The translations under genes and the position numbers were made by a program. A DNA stretch of 58,051 nt, from positions 14,236-72,286 of the forward strand of contig CAYFMF010000001.1 of NCBI GenBank assembly GCA_964344135.1, written 5' to 3'. This DNA comes from an uncultured Piscirickettsiaceae bacterium (GTDB taxonomy: Bacteria > Pseudomonadota > Gammaproteobacteria > GCF-002020875). Positions 10,987 to 23,326 of the stretch are shown in pieces (position 1 is the first letter of the stretch; each line of letters opens with the position of its first letter). The notes under the pieces are model-generated. The model made no database searches. It had not been told where the DNA came from and worked only from the letters and a program-made list of their open reading frames with translations.

Positions 10987-11946
10987 ATGAATCTGAATTT
11001 TCTGGATTTTGAACAGCCCATTGCCGAACTGGAGGCAAAGATAGAGGAGTTGCGCTATGTGGGGGACGATAGTGACCTCAATATCAGTGATGAAATTACC
11101 AGACTGGAGGAGAAGAGTCAGGAGTTGACCCGTTCAATCTTCTCCTCGCTCACCTCCTGGCAGATCTCACAGCTGGCTCGTCATCCGCAACGTCCATATA
11201 CCATGGACTACATTAATCATATCTTTACCGACTTTCATGAACTGCATGGTGACCGTGCCTATTCCGATGACGCTGCACTGGTCTGTGGGATGGCACGTCT
11301 GGATGGGCATCCGGTGGTTGTTATTGGTCACCAGAAGGGGAGAGACACCAAGGAGAAGGTGGAGCGAAACTTTGGAATGCCCCGCCCAGAGGGGTACCGC
11401 AAGGCACTGCGGGTGATGCGTCTTGCAGAGCGTTTCGGTTTGCCAATTCTTACCTTTATCGACACACCCGGGGCATATCCCGGAATGGGGGCGGAGGAGC
11501 GGGGTCAGAGTGAGGCAATTGCGAAAAACCTGTTTGTGATGGCCCGCTTGCGCACCCCCATTATCTGCACCGTGATCGGTGAGGGGGGATCGGGTGGTGC
11601 ACTGGCCATTGGAGTCGGGGACAGGATCAACATGCTGTCCTACAGCACCTACTCGGTGATCTCGCCCGAGGGGTGTGCCTCGATTCTCTGGAAGAGTGCG
11701 GAGAAGGCCTCCGATGCAGCAGAGGCGATGGGGCTGACAGCCCCCAGGCTCAAGGAGCTCTCCCTGATTGATACCATTGTTCAGGAGCCATTGGGAGGTG
11801 CACACCGCCACCCCTCGGATGCCGCTGAAGCACTCAAGAGCCAGCTGCTGATTCAGCTGGGGCAGTTGCAGTCAGCCGACCAGGAGCAGCTGCTTGAGAG
11901 TCGGTATCAGCGTCTGATGAGCTATGGAAACTTCACCTCCAGCTGA
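10987..11946 (+). CDS. accA: Acetyl-CoA carboxylase carboxyltransferase alpha subunit
   Basis: 319 aa with the motif [23 protein letters not shown]. Confidence 0.96.
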   Translation: MNLNFLDFEQPIAELEAKIEELRYVGDDSDLNISDEITRLEEKSQELTRSIFSSLTSWQISQLARHPQRPYTMDYINHIFTDFHELHGDRAYSDDAALVCGMARLDGHPVVVIGHQKGRDTKEKVERNFGMPRPEGYRKALRVMRLAERFGLPILTFIDTPGAYPGMGAEERGQSEAIAKNLFVMARLRTPIICTVIGEGGSGGALAIGVGDRINMLSYSTYSVISPEGCASILWKSAEKASDAAEAMGLTAPRLKELSLIDTIVQEPLGGAHRHPSDAAEALKSQLLIQLGQLQSADQEQLLESRYQRLMSYGNFTSS

Positions 11947-11948
11947 CA

Positions 11949-12107
11949 AGTACCTTGCATGGTAAATCCCGCGAAATCAGGGCGAGCATAAATTGTCGAG
12001 AACAGGGCGTAAAAATGCTGGGATATGCCTATATTTCAAATTTTCACAACGCAGTTGTCGGCAATTCAGGCCGTTTTAATTTCGTGGGATTTTCCGGGTG
12101 AGGTACT
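11949..12107. other. 159-nt imperfect long palindrome (nested inverted repeats) filling the accA-tilS spacer
   Basis: Outer arms AGTACCT (11949-11955) and AGGTACT (12101-12107). A symmetric 5x5 loop follows. Inner arms GGTAAATCCCGCGAAAT (11961-11977) and ATTTCGTGGGATTTTCC (12079-12095) form 15 Watson-Crick pairs, 1 G-U and 1 mismatch. Confidence 0.6.
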
Positions 12108-12166
12108 GGATGGGTTGTGCAGATTAAGCACCTCTCAAGCCTGCAAGAGCTGTTTCGGCGAAAGCG

Positions 12167-15242
<3,076 letters not shown>

Positions 15243-15253
15243 GAGAGATCGTT

Positions 15254-16087
15254 ATGGAGTTATGTGGCGCTGAGGTCGGACTGGATCAACCACTGTTCCT
15301 GATTGCCGGCCCCTGTGTAATTGAGAGCAGGGCACTTGCGCTGGAGACTGCGGGCAAGCTGAAAGAGATTACCGACCGCCTTGGAATCCACTTTATCTAC
15401 AAATCCTCTTACGACAAGGCGAACCGGACCTCACTGTCGAGCTACCGGGGTCCGGGGATGGAGGAGGGATTGAAGATACTCTCCGAGGTCAAGGGGCAGA
15501 TTGGGGTATCGATCCTGACAGATGTTCATGAGGATACCCCACTGGATGAGGTGAGTGATGTGGCGGATGTGTTGCAGACCCCCGCCTTCCTCTGTCGTCA
15601 GACCAACTTTATTCAGAGTGTTGCGCGCCAGGGGCTGCCGGTCAATATCAAGAAGGGACAGTTCCTCTCTCCATGGGAGATGCGCAACGTCACCGACAAG
15701 GCGAGGGCAACGGGGAATGGACAGATCATGGCCTGTGAGCGTGGAGCCAGCTTCGGCTACAACAACCTGGTCTCCGACATGCGCTCCCTGGCGGTGATGC
15801 GGGAGACCGGATGTCCGGTGGTTTTTGATGGAACCCACTCTGTTCAGTTGCCTGGTGGGCAGGGGGGAAGCTCTGGCGGGCAGCGCGAGTTTGTTCCTGT
15901 GTTGGCGCGGGCTGCGGTTGCGGTGGGTGTCTCAGGGCTCTTTATGGAGACCCACCCGGATCCGGACAAGGCGCTCAGCGATGGCCCTAATGCCTGGCCG
16001 CTGGAGAGGATGGAGCCGCTGCTGGAGACACTGATGGCCATTGACTCAAACGTGAAGAGGTTGGGGTTTGCCGAGCAGGAGCAGTAG
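15254..16087 (+). CDS. kdsA: 3-deoxy-8-phosphooctulonate (KDO-8-P) synthase
   Basis: 277 aa with [12 protein letters not shown] and KSSYDKANR motifs. Order pyrG-kdsA-eno. Confidence 0.95.
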   Translation: MELCGAEVGLDQPLFLIAGPCVIESRALALETAGKLKEITDRLGIHFIYKSSYDKANRTSLSSYRGPGMEEGLKILSEVKGQIGVSILTDVHEDTPLDEVSDVADVLQTPAFLCRQTNFIQSVARQGLPVNIKKGQFLSPWEMRNVTDKARATGNGQIMACERGASFGYNNLVSDMRSLAVMRETGCPVVFDGTHSVQLPGGQGGSSGGQREFVPVLARAAVAVGVSGLFMETHPDPDKALSDGPNAWPLERMEPLLETLMAIDSNVKRLGFAEQEQ

Positions 16088-16163
16088 CCAGCTGCCGAAC
16101 TCCATAACAGAACAGCAGGTGCCCTCTGGAGACCATGGGGACCGAATTCAATACGACAACTGA

Positions 16164-17480
<1,317 letters not shown>

Positions 17481-17504
17481 ACGGTAATGCAAACCGCGCA
17501 TACC

Positions 17505-17665
17505 TGAGCCATTTGCAAAACTATCGACGGATGGGACGCTGCCCCACAACGAGCTATTTTTGACGCTGGAATGAGGTTTATAGTCATCTATATGCCGAAT
17601 TTCAGTGTTAACAAAGAGCCGTTGTGGGTGGTGCTCACGCCGGTTAGAGTCTTGCAAATGGCTCA
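17505..17665. other. 161-nt nested inverted-repeat element in the eno-ftsB spacer (candidate structured RNA or MITE-like repeat)
   Basis: Perfect 14-bp arms TGAGCCATTTGCAA (17505-17518) and TTGCAAATGGCTCA (17652-17665). Inner perfect 9-bp arms CCCACAACG (17543-17551) and CGTTGTGGG (17620-17628). The two stems are separated by a symmetric 24x23 nt internal loop. Confidence 0.6.
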
Positions 17666-17701
17666 CCTGTTCAGAGGTTCCTTAACAGCTGCTGTCAGGC
17701 G

Positions 17702-18052
17702 ATGAATATTCGTCTGTTGATTGCTGGACTCCTGTTACTGATTGCGGTACTACAATACAAGCTCTGGTTCTCGCAAAAGGGAATTCCATGGGTCCTGGAG
17801 ATGGAGCACTCCATTCTCCAGCAGAAAAGGGTGAATGAGCGCCTCAGGGTCTGTAATCGTGAACTGCGGGCTGAGGTGGTCGATCTCAAGAGCGGCAAGG
17901 AGGCACTGGAGGAGCGCGCCAGGAATGACCTCGGGATGATCAGGCCAGGAGAGATCTTTGTCTCCACTGTGGGTTCCCCACAGGAGGTTGGTGGGGCTTT
18001 TTCCGGTCCCGGAATTGATGGAGAGGGGCAATGCGAAAAGGTGATCCGTTGA
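17702..18052 (+). CDS. ftsB: Cell division protein FtsB
   Basis: 116 aa with one N-terminal TM helix (LLIAGLLLLIAVLQYKLWF) followed by a coiled coil. Conserved eno-ftsB-ispD position. Confidence 0.88.
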   Translation: MNIRLLIAGLLLLIAVLQYKLWFSQKGIPWVLEMEHSILQQKRVNERLRVCNRELRAEVVDLKSGKEALEERARNDLGMIRPGEIFVSTVGSPQEVGGAFSGPGIDGEGQCEKVIR

Positions 18053-18756
18053 TCTGGGGTGTTGTTCCCGCTGCTGGCGTGGGCATGCGGATGGGTGCGG
18101 ATCGACCCAAGCAGTATCTCTCTCTATCCGGAATCCCGGTCATACAGCACAGCATCAACCGTCTGCTCTCACTGGAGCGTATCCAGGGGGTTGTGGTTGC
18201 CATTGCCCCGGAAGATCGCTGGTGGCAGGAGATTGAGTGGGGGGGTGAGATCAATCCTCGAGAGATTCTGGTGGCTGAAGGGGGTGCAGAGCGCTCGGAC
18301 TCCGTTCTCAATGCCCTGGAGCTGCTCTCTGATATCGCCTCTGAGGATGACTGGGTTCTTGTCCACGATGCGGCCCGACCCTGCCTGAGTGAGAGTGATC
18401 TGAAGGCCATGGTTGAGCGGTTATGGGAACATCCGGTAGGTGGAATCCTTGCCGCCCCACTCTCGGATACAATCAAGCGTGCAGATGTGGATGGAGCAAT
18501 CTCCGAGACAGTGAACCGTGCCGGCCTCTGGCGTGCCCTGACGCCACAGATGTTCCGCTTGGGGATGTTGCGCGATGCTCTGCGGAAGAGCAGGGATGAG
18601 GGGGTGGCGATAACGGATGATGCACAGGCGATAGAGCAGCTTGGTTTTCAGCCTCAGCTGGTTGCCGGTGATGCCGGGAACATGAAGATCACCCACCCGG
18701 GAGATATTGTGCTGGCAGAGGAGATACTGCACAGGCAGAGAGGAGAGATGGAGTGA
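18031..18756 (+). CDS. ispD: 2-C-methyl-D-erythritol 4-phosphate cytidylyltransferase
   Basis: 241 aa with the motif VVPAAGVGMRMGADRPKQYL. It overlaps the ftsB tail by 22 nt. Confidence 0.92.
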   Translation: MRKGDPLIWGVVPAAGVGMRMGADRPKQYLSLSGIPVIQHSINRLLSLERIQGVVVAIAPEDRWWQEIEWGGEINPREILVAEGGAERSDSVLNALELLSDIASEDDWVLVHDAARPCLSESDLKAMVERLWEHPVGGILAAPLSDTIKRADVDGAISETVNRAGLWRALTPQMFRLGMLRDALRKSRDEGVAITDDAQAIEQLGFQPQLVAGDAGNMKITHPGDIVLAEEILHRQRGEME

Positions 18757-19226
18757 GGATAGGCCACGGTTTTGATGTCCATGCCTTTGGTGATGGGGAC
18801 TACCTGACGCTTTGTGGTGTCAGGATCCCCTACAGCAGGGGATTCAAGGCGCACTCGGATGGTGATGTGGCGATTCACGCCCTCTGTGATGCGCTGCTGG
18901 GAGCGACTGCACTTGGAGATATCGGGCAGCTCTTTCCGGACCATGATCCGCAGTATCAGGGGATGGAGAGCAGGAACTTTCTCCGGGAGGTGGTCTCCAG
19001 GGTTCATGGTCAGGGGTATCGGATCGGGAATGTGGATCTTACCGTTATTGCACAGGAGCCAAAGCTCTCCCCCCATGTTCAGGAGATGCGAGAGTTGTTG
19101 ATGAAGGAGCTGGATGTTGCGCTGGATCAGGTCAGTGTCAAGGCGACCACAACCGAAAGGCTCGGGTTTATCGGGCAGAGAGAGGGTATTGCCGTACATG
19201 CTGTCGCCATCCTCTTTCCCGCATAG
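18753..19226 (+). CDS. ispF: 2-C-methyl-D-erythritol 2,4-cyclodiphosphate synthase
   Basis: 157 aa with RIGHGFDVHAF and HSDGDV motifs. It overlaps ispD by 4 nt. Confidence 0.95.
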   Translation: MRIGHGFDVHAFGDGDYLTLCGVRIPYSRGFKAHSDGDVAIHALCDALLGATALGDIGQLFPDHDPQYQGMESRNFLREVVSRVHGQGYRIGNVDLTVIAQEPKLSPHVQEMRELLMKELDVALDQVSVKATTTERLGFIGQREGIAVHAVAILFPA

Positions 19227-20253
19227 CCCGCTTCCATTTGCCCATGGCCAACCTCCGGCCACGGCAACCATACGATCGACACCTGAGGATTTCCGTGTGG
19301 TTGAGGATCTGGGATTCTCCCCCTCCGGTGAGGGGCAGCACCAGATGGTTGAGATCGAGAAGCGAGAGCTGAACAGTGATCAGGTGGCATCGATGATCGC
19401 CAGACAACTGGGGGTCAGGCGCAGGGATGTAGGGCTTGCAGGGCTGAAGGATCGATTTGCGGTGACACGTCAGTGGTTCTCCGTGGATCTGGCCGGCCAA
19501 GAGCCGCCCGACTGGAGCCTGTTGGAGGAGCAGGTCTCCGGTCAACAGCAGTTGAGGGTTCTTCAGGCCCACCGTCACGGGAGAAAGCTGCGCAAGGGGG
19601 CGTTGCGCGGGAATCTCTTTCAGCTCACGCTGCGCAATATTGAGGGGGAGCGTCAGCAGCTGGAGCAGCGTCTGGAGTGGGTGAGAAGGGACGGGGTCCC
19701 CAACTATTTTGGGGAGCAGCGTTTTGGCCGTGGGGGAGGGAATGTGGCACGTGCCCTGCAGATGTTCAGAGGGGAGTATCGGCCGCGTGGCAGGCATGAG
19801 CGTGGTCTGCTTCTCTCTGCTGCACGTTCGGAGCTCTTTAACCGGGTCTGTGCCGCCCGGGTTCTGGAGGGGGCCTGGAACAGGCCGATTGAGGGTGACG
19901 TCTATGCGCTGGCAGGAAGTCGCGCCCATTTCCATCAGGAGAGGGTGGACCAGGAGATTCTGCGCAGAATTGGGGAGCATGATATTCATCCAACAGCCCC
20001 TCTCTGGGGGGAGGGGCCACTGGAGACCACAGGGGATGCAGAGAGATTTGAACGATCGGCCCTCTCTGGCGGGGAGGCGTTGATGCGTGGGCTGGAGCAG
20101 GCAAGGATGAAGCAGGACCGACGTTCCCTGCGGCTCACTCCGAAAGAGATGAGCTGGAGCTGGGTGGACTCTCAGACTCTGGAGCTCCAGCTCTGGCTTC
20201 CTGCCGGGAGCTATGCCACCGTCGTGTTGCGGGAGCTTGTGAACTACTCCTGA
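19198..20253 (+). CDS. truD: tRNA pseudouridine(13) synthase TruD
   Basis: PEDFRVVEDLGFSPSGEGQH and GLKDRFAVTRQW motifs. The start is uncertain: ATG 19198 chosen by similarity to the E. coli TruD N-terminus, and it overlaps ispF by 29 nt. Confidence 0.88.
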   Translation: MLSPSSFPHSPLPFAHGQPPATATIRSTPEDFRVVEDLGFSPSGEGQHQMVEIEKRELNSDQVASMIARQLGVRRRDVGLAGLKDRFAVTRQWFSVDLAGQEPPDWSLLEEQVSGQQQLRVLQAHRHGRKLRKGALRGNLFQLTLRNIEGERQQLEQRLEWVRRDGVPNYFGEQRFGRGGGNVARALQMFRGEYRPRGRHERGLLLSAARSELFNRVCAARVLEGAWNRPIEGDVYALAGSRAHFHQERVDQEILRRIGEHDIHPTAPLWGEGPLETTGDAERFERSALSGGEALMRGLEQARMKQDRRSLRLTPKEMSWSWVDSQTLELQLWLPAGSYATVVLRELVNYS

Positions 20254-20804
20254 GGCGCTTCTCTCTTCAGTAGCACATAGAGGGCCCCGGTCCCACCATC
20301 CCGTTGTTGTGCCGAACAGAAGGCCAGGACCTCTCTGCGCTGACGCAGCCAGCGGTTGACCAGGCTCTTGAGAACAGGGAGCTGACCGGCAGAACGTCTC
20401 CCCTTTCCATGGATCAGGTGAAAACAGCGTATCCTGCGCTCCCTTGCCTCTTGCAGAAAGTCATCCAGCATCTCCATGGCCTCCTGGCTGTTCAGTCCGT
20501 GGAGATCGATCTCCATCGAGGAGCAGAACGCCCCTTTTCTGAATTTTCGCAGAGTGGCGTGGGGAAGGGGGGAGCGAACATAGAGTAGCCGCTCCTCCGC
20601 CTCAACCCGCTCCTCATTGTTGAGTATGGAGTGGTTCTCGTCCCACCACTCTGTGGTCTGTTCTGAAGGGGGCTGGTACTGTCTCCCCCTCTTTTTCTCT
20701 GCTCCCAGATCCGCCCGGTCGTCCGCCTTGAGGGGGCGAACATCCCGCACCATCTTGCGAAAAAGGTCAGCCTCACTTGCGGACTCCTCCTCCGGGTCAC
20801 TCAT
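20244..20804 (-). CDS. Smr-domain protein (SmrA/SmrB-like endonuclease)
   Basis: ORF trimmed to ATG 20804, which overlaps the upstream stop (ATGA). C-terminal Smr domain: IDLHGLNSQEAMEMLDDFL...LIHGKGRRS. The overall layout resembles E. coli SmrA/SmrB. Confidence 0.8.
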   Translation of the reverse strand: MSDPEEESASEADLFRKMVRDVRPLKADDRADLGAEKKRGRQYQPPSEQTTEWWDENHSILNNEERVEAEERLLYVRSPLPHATLRKFRKGAFCSSMEIDLHGLNSQEAMEMLDDFLQEARERRIRCFHLIHGKGRRSAGQLPVLKSLVNRWLRQRREVLAFCSAQQRDGGTGALYVLLKREAPQE

Positions 20805-21229
20805 GAGAAGAGCTCCCTCCACCAGCGTCGACGGTTGTTCGGCAGGGGTTGTGGGGGTTGCAGACTCTCCGGGGGGATCCTCGAGAGGACCCACCCCGGC
20901 AGCGGTGGTGTCTCACTGGAGCCGCAGGAGAGGCCGAGGTTGTTGGGGTCGTAGATCTTGACCATCGAGGGCTCTTTCAGTCGGTCGGTATAGACAATGC
21001 CGCAGACCCGCTCGTGGTGTTCCCTTCGGAGCAGGGAGTCAATCTCCTGGATAAACTGCAGGAATACCTCACTCGATGCCGCTACTGTTGGAGGGGGTTC
21101 ACCGATGGCATAGATATACCACTCGGCCTGCCCCCCCGAACGCAGGGAGTTCCAGAATCGGGCAAGGTCATCCCACTGCAGCAGACTGGAGAAGGAGCCA
21201 TTGAAAGTGTCGAGGTATTGGCTACTCAT
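20801..21229 (-). CDS. Hypothetical protein, 142 aa, no family recognised
   Basis: The ORF is chained by ATGA overlaps to gluQ upstream and smr downstream. Its codon usage resembles its neighbours. Confidence 0.6.
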   Translation of the reverse strand: MSSQYLDTFNGSFSSLLQWDDLARFWNSLRSGGQAEWYIYAIGEPPPTVAASSEVFLQFIQEIDSLLRREHHERVCGIVYTDRLKEPSMVKIYDPNNLGLSCGSSETPPLPGWVLSRIPPESLQPPQPLPNNRRRWWRELFS

Positions 21230-22125
21230 CGGATCGATTTTACCTGAATCGATTTTTTTCGTGGGACCTCTCTACCCTCCCATCCGGCAAGTGCCCACGC
21301 CCAGATGCTCTCCGGTGGTTCCCCCGCCAGCTCCGGTGGCGGGTTCTGTCCAAGAAATCGAAGCGCCATCAGGATATTTTTAGCCGGATTCCGCTCATCG
21401 AGTGGTGTGGCCAGGTTCTGCTTGCTGAGCTTCTCCCCATCCTCTCCTGTTGCAACGGGAAGATGGCCATATTGTGGTGTCGGATATCCAAGCCGCTGCT
21501 GAAGAACGATCTGCCTCGGGGTGGATTCAAGGAGATCACTGCCACGAATGACATGGGTGATGCCCTGGAGAAAATCATCTACAACAACGGCAAGCTGGTA
21601 GGCAAACAGCCCATCTGCACGACGGATCACAAAATCACCAACATCTCTCTCCATCTGCCATGAGTGTCTCCCCTGCCAGAGGTCGTCAACCAGAATGGTC
21701 TCTCCAGCAGTGCGCAGCCGAATCGAGTGGCCCTGCAGGGGGAGCCGCCTCTCTCTGCACTCCCCAGGATAGATGGAGCTGCCTCTGAGGAGTGAACGTG
21801 TGCATTGACAGCCAAATACCACGCCGGATTCGATCAGCTGTTCCAGCCTCTGCTGGTAGATGGGGCCACGCTCTCCCTGAAAAACCACGCAGTGATCCCA
21901 CTCCAACTGGTGGCACTCCAGTGACCGTAGAATGGAGTCGGCGGCACCGGGAACGGTTCTTGGGGGGTCGAGATCCTCAATCCGTACCAGCCACTCCCCA
22001 TGGTTTCTCCTTGCCTCCAGATAGCTGCCAACAGCGGCAACCAGAGAACCAAAATGGAGATCACCGGTTGGAGAGGGGGCGAATCTTCCACGGTAGAGGG
22101 TGGATGGCAGGTTTTTGGCTTGCAA
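21226..22125 (-). CDS. gluQ: Glutamyl-Q tRNA(Asp) synthetase
   Basis: 299 aa, a truncated GluRS-like catalytic domain with the motif RGRFAPSPTGDLHFGSL and no anticodon-binding domain. Confidence 0.9.
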   Translation of the reverse strand: MQAKNLPSTLYRGRFAPSPTGDLHFGSLVAAVGSYLEARRNHGEWLVRIEDLDPPRTVPGAADSILRSLECHQLEWDHCVVFQGERGPIYQQRLEQLIESGVVFGCQCTRSLLRGSSIYPGECRERRLPLQGHSIRLRTAGETILVDDLWQGRHSWQMERDVGDFVIRRADGLFAYQLAVVVDDFLQGITHVIRGSDLLESTPRQIVLQQRLGYPTPQYGHLPVATGEDGEKLSKQNLATPLDERNPAKNILMALRFLGQNPPPELAGEPPESIWAWALAGWEGREVPRKKSIQVKSIR

Positions 22126-22193
22126 GATTTATTGATATTTGTTAAAATAATTGAATATATGGCTTATTAAATTTTATCGGGAACAGCTCTATT
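22126..22193. promoter_or_regulatory. Very AT-rich divergent promoter region (gluQ operon / DUF3579-like gene)
   Basis: A 68-nt spacer strikingly AT-rich against a GC-rich background, lying between divergent starts. No individual -35/-10 hexamers were assigned. Confidence 0.4.
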
Positions 22194-22514
22194 ATGCAGA
22201 AAAAAGAGGAAAAAAGAGAAGATTGCCGGACTGTGATCGAAGGGCAGCGAGAGGATGGAGAGAAATTCCGTCCCAGCGACTGGATTGAGCGAATCTCCTC
22301 CCAGATTGCGCAGTACGGCAAGGGTAAAAGTCTCAGCTATCGGGACTGTGCACGTCCACGCATCATTAATGGTGAGAAGTGTCTGGTTGTTGAGTACCGT
22401 CTGAGCAAGCGAGATCCACATGCCTATGCATTTGTTCAGGATTTCGCCAAGGCAAACAACCTGAAAATCAGGGAGGAGTGCCCCGGCAACTCCGGGGCGG
22501 AGGAGAAGGGGTAA
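22194..22514 (+). CDS. Conserved hypothetical protein, DUF3579-like
   Basis: 106 aa. The segment FRPSDWIERISSQIAQYG...NGEKCLVVEYRL...YAFVQDFAKANNLKI matches my recollection of the DUF3579 pattern (FRPSDWAERL...). A search is needed to confirm. Confidence 0.6.
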   Translation: MQKKEEKREDCRTVIEGQREDGEKFRPSDWIERISSQIAQYGKGKSLSYRDCARPRIINGEKCLVVEYRLSKRDPHAYAFVQDFAKANNLKIREECPGNSGAEEKG

Positions 22515-22537
22515 GCCCACCGCTTCTGGCACAGAAT

Positions 22538-22576
22538 GAAAAAAGGCCGAATGTTGCTGCAACATTCGGCCTTTTT
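22538..22576. terminator. Bidirectional rho-independent terminator between the DUF3579-like gene and dksA
   Basis: Perfect 12-bp stem GGCCGAATGTTG / CAACATTCGGCC (22544-22570) with a 3-nt loop. It is flanked by AAAAAA on the left and TTTTTT on the right. Confidence 0.85.
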
Positions 22577-22593
22577 TCATTGATGGGGGAGTG

Positions 22594-23025
22594 TTATGCG
22601 GATTTCTCCTTGATCTCCTCCAGCTCCTTGCAGTCAATGCAGAGGGTGGCCGTTGGGCGTGCCTCCAGGCGCCGGATTCCAATCTCGATACCGCAGGATT
22701 CACAGTAACCATATTCGTCACCATCCAGTTCGTGGAGTGTCTTGTCAATTTTTCGAATCAGCTTGCGTTCACGGTCACGGGTTCTCAGCTCCAGTGAAAA
22801 CTCCTCCTCCAGTGTTGCGCGGTCGCTGGGATCTGGAAGATTGGCGGTCTCATCCTGCATGTGGTGAACTGTACGGTCAACCTCTTCCATCAGTTGATGT
22901 TTCCAGGCCAGAAGAATCTCCTCAAAGTGCTTCTTCTGGTTTTCATTCATGTACTCTTCGCCCTTCTTGGGCTTGTAAGGCTTGATGCCTCCAATCAGTG
23001 TTGACTGCTTTTTTGCAGTGGCCAT
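22594..23025 (-). CDS. dksA: RNA polymerase-binding transcription factor DksA
   Basis: ORF trimmed to ATG 23025 (MATAKK..., AGGAG upstream). It has the coiled coil with the DPSDRA..EEE acidic tip region and the C4 zinc finger CESCGIEI...CIDC. Confidence 0.93.
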   Translation of the reverse strand: MATAKKQSTLIGGIKPYKPKKGEEYMNENQKKHFEEILLAWKHQLMEEVDRTVHHMQDETANLPDPSDRATLEEEFSLELRTRDRERKLIRKIDKTLHELDGDEYGYCESCGIEIGIRRLEARPTATLCIDCKELEEIKEKSA

Positions 23026-23157
23026 GCTGTTGATACTCCTGACAGTATGAGAAAAGAGCGCATTGATACCAGATTGTCCCCACTCCCGCAACCTGTATCG
23101 GCAGACTGCGCTTTCATGGGGTGGTCCGGAACTGCTTTTCTCCGCCTCTTCTCATGA

Positions 23158-23174
23158 GATAATAGACTATTATC
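23158..23174. promoter_or_regulatory. 17-bp perfect palindrome GATAATAG-A-CTATTATC (Fur-box-like arms), candidate operator
   Basis: The 8-1-8 palindrome is read directly from the sequence. The arms GATAAT/ATTATC equal the Fur-box hexamers, but the spacing is 2 bp shorter than the classical 19-mer. It lies in the dksA / cbbY-like divergent spacer. Confidence 0.35.
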
Positions 23175-23216
23175 ATAACATTTAACCGGAGAGAAAACCC
23201 GGCTCTTGTGCCGGCG

Positions 23217-23301
23217 CAGTAATTCTCATTTTGGCAATAATCCAAAGAAAATCGTCACTCCCGTGCAGCCTGGAGTGACGTGGCAAAACTGAGAATTACT
23301 G
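23217..23301 (+). other. 85-nt nested hairpin in the leader of the CbbY-like gene
   Basis: Outer stem CAGTAATTCTCATTTTG (23217-23233) pairs with CAAAA-C-TGAGAATTACTG (23284-23301), 17 bp with one bulge. Inner stem TCACTCC (23255-23261) pairs with GGAGTGA (23272-23278). Confidence 0.55.
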
Positions 23302-23326
23302 GTTTCGGTGCAGTCAGGGAGTTGTA

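Noticed and set aside
17505-17665. Possibility that the eno-ftsB element is 6S RNA, or that it carries a sigma-54 promoter (TGAGCC...TTGCA).
   Set aside because: I could not align it by eye to the E. coli 6S sequence, and the locus is not the usual zapA-ssrS-ygfA context. The GG/GC spacing in TGAGCCATTTGCA is 3 nt too short for a -24/-12 promoter.
17571-17705. 44-codon ORF inside the eno-ftsB element whose TGA overlaps the ftsB ATG (ATGA).
   Set aside because: It has no convincing Shine-Dalgarno sequence and begins with rare codons (AGG, ATA). It is embedded in the inverted-repeat structure, so it is most likely a chance ORF. It is worth a glance in Ribo-seq data only.
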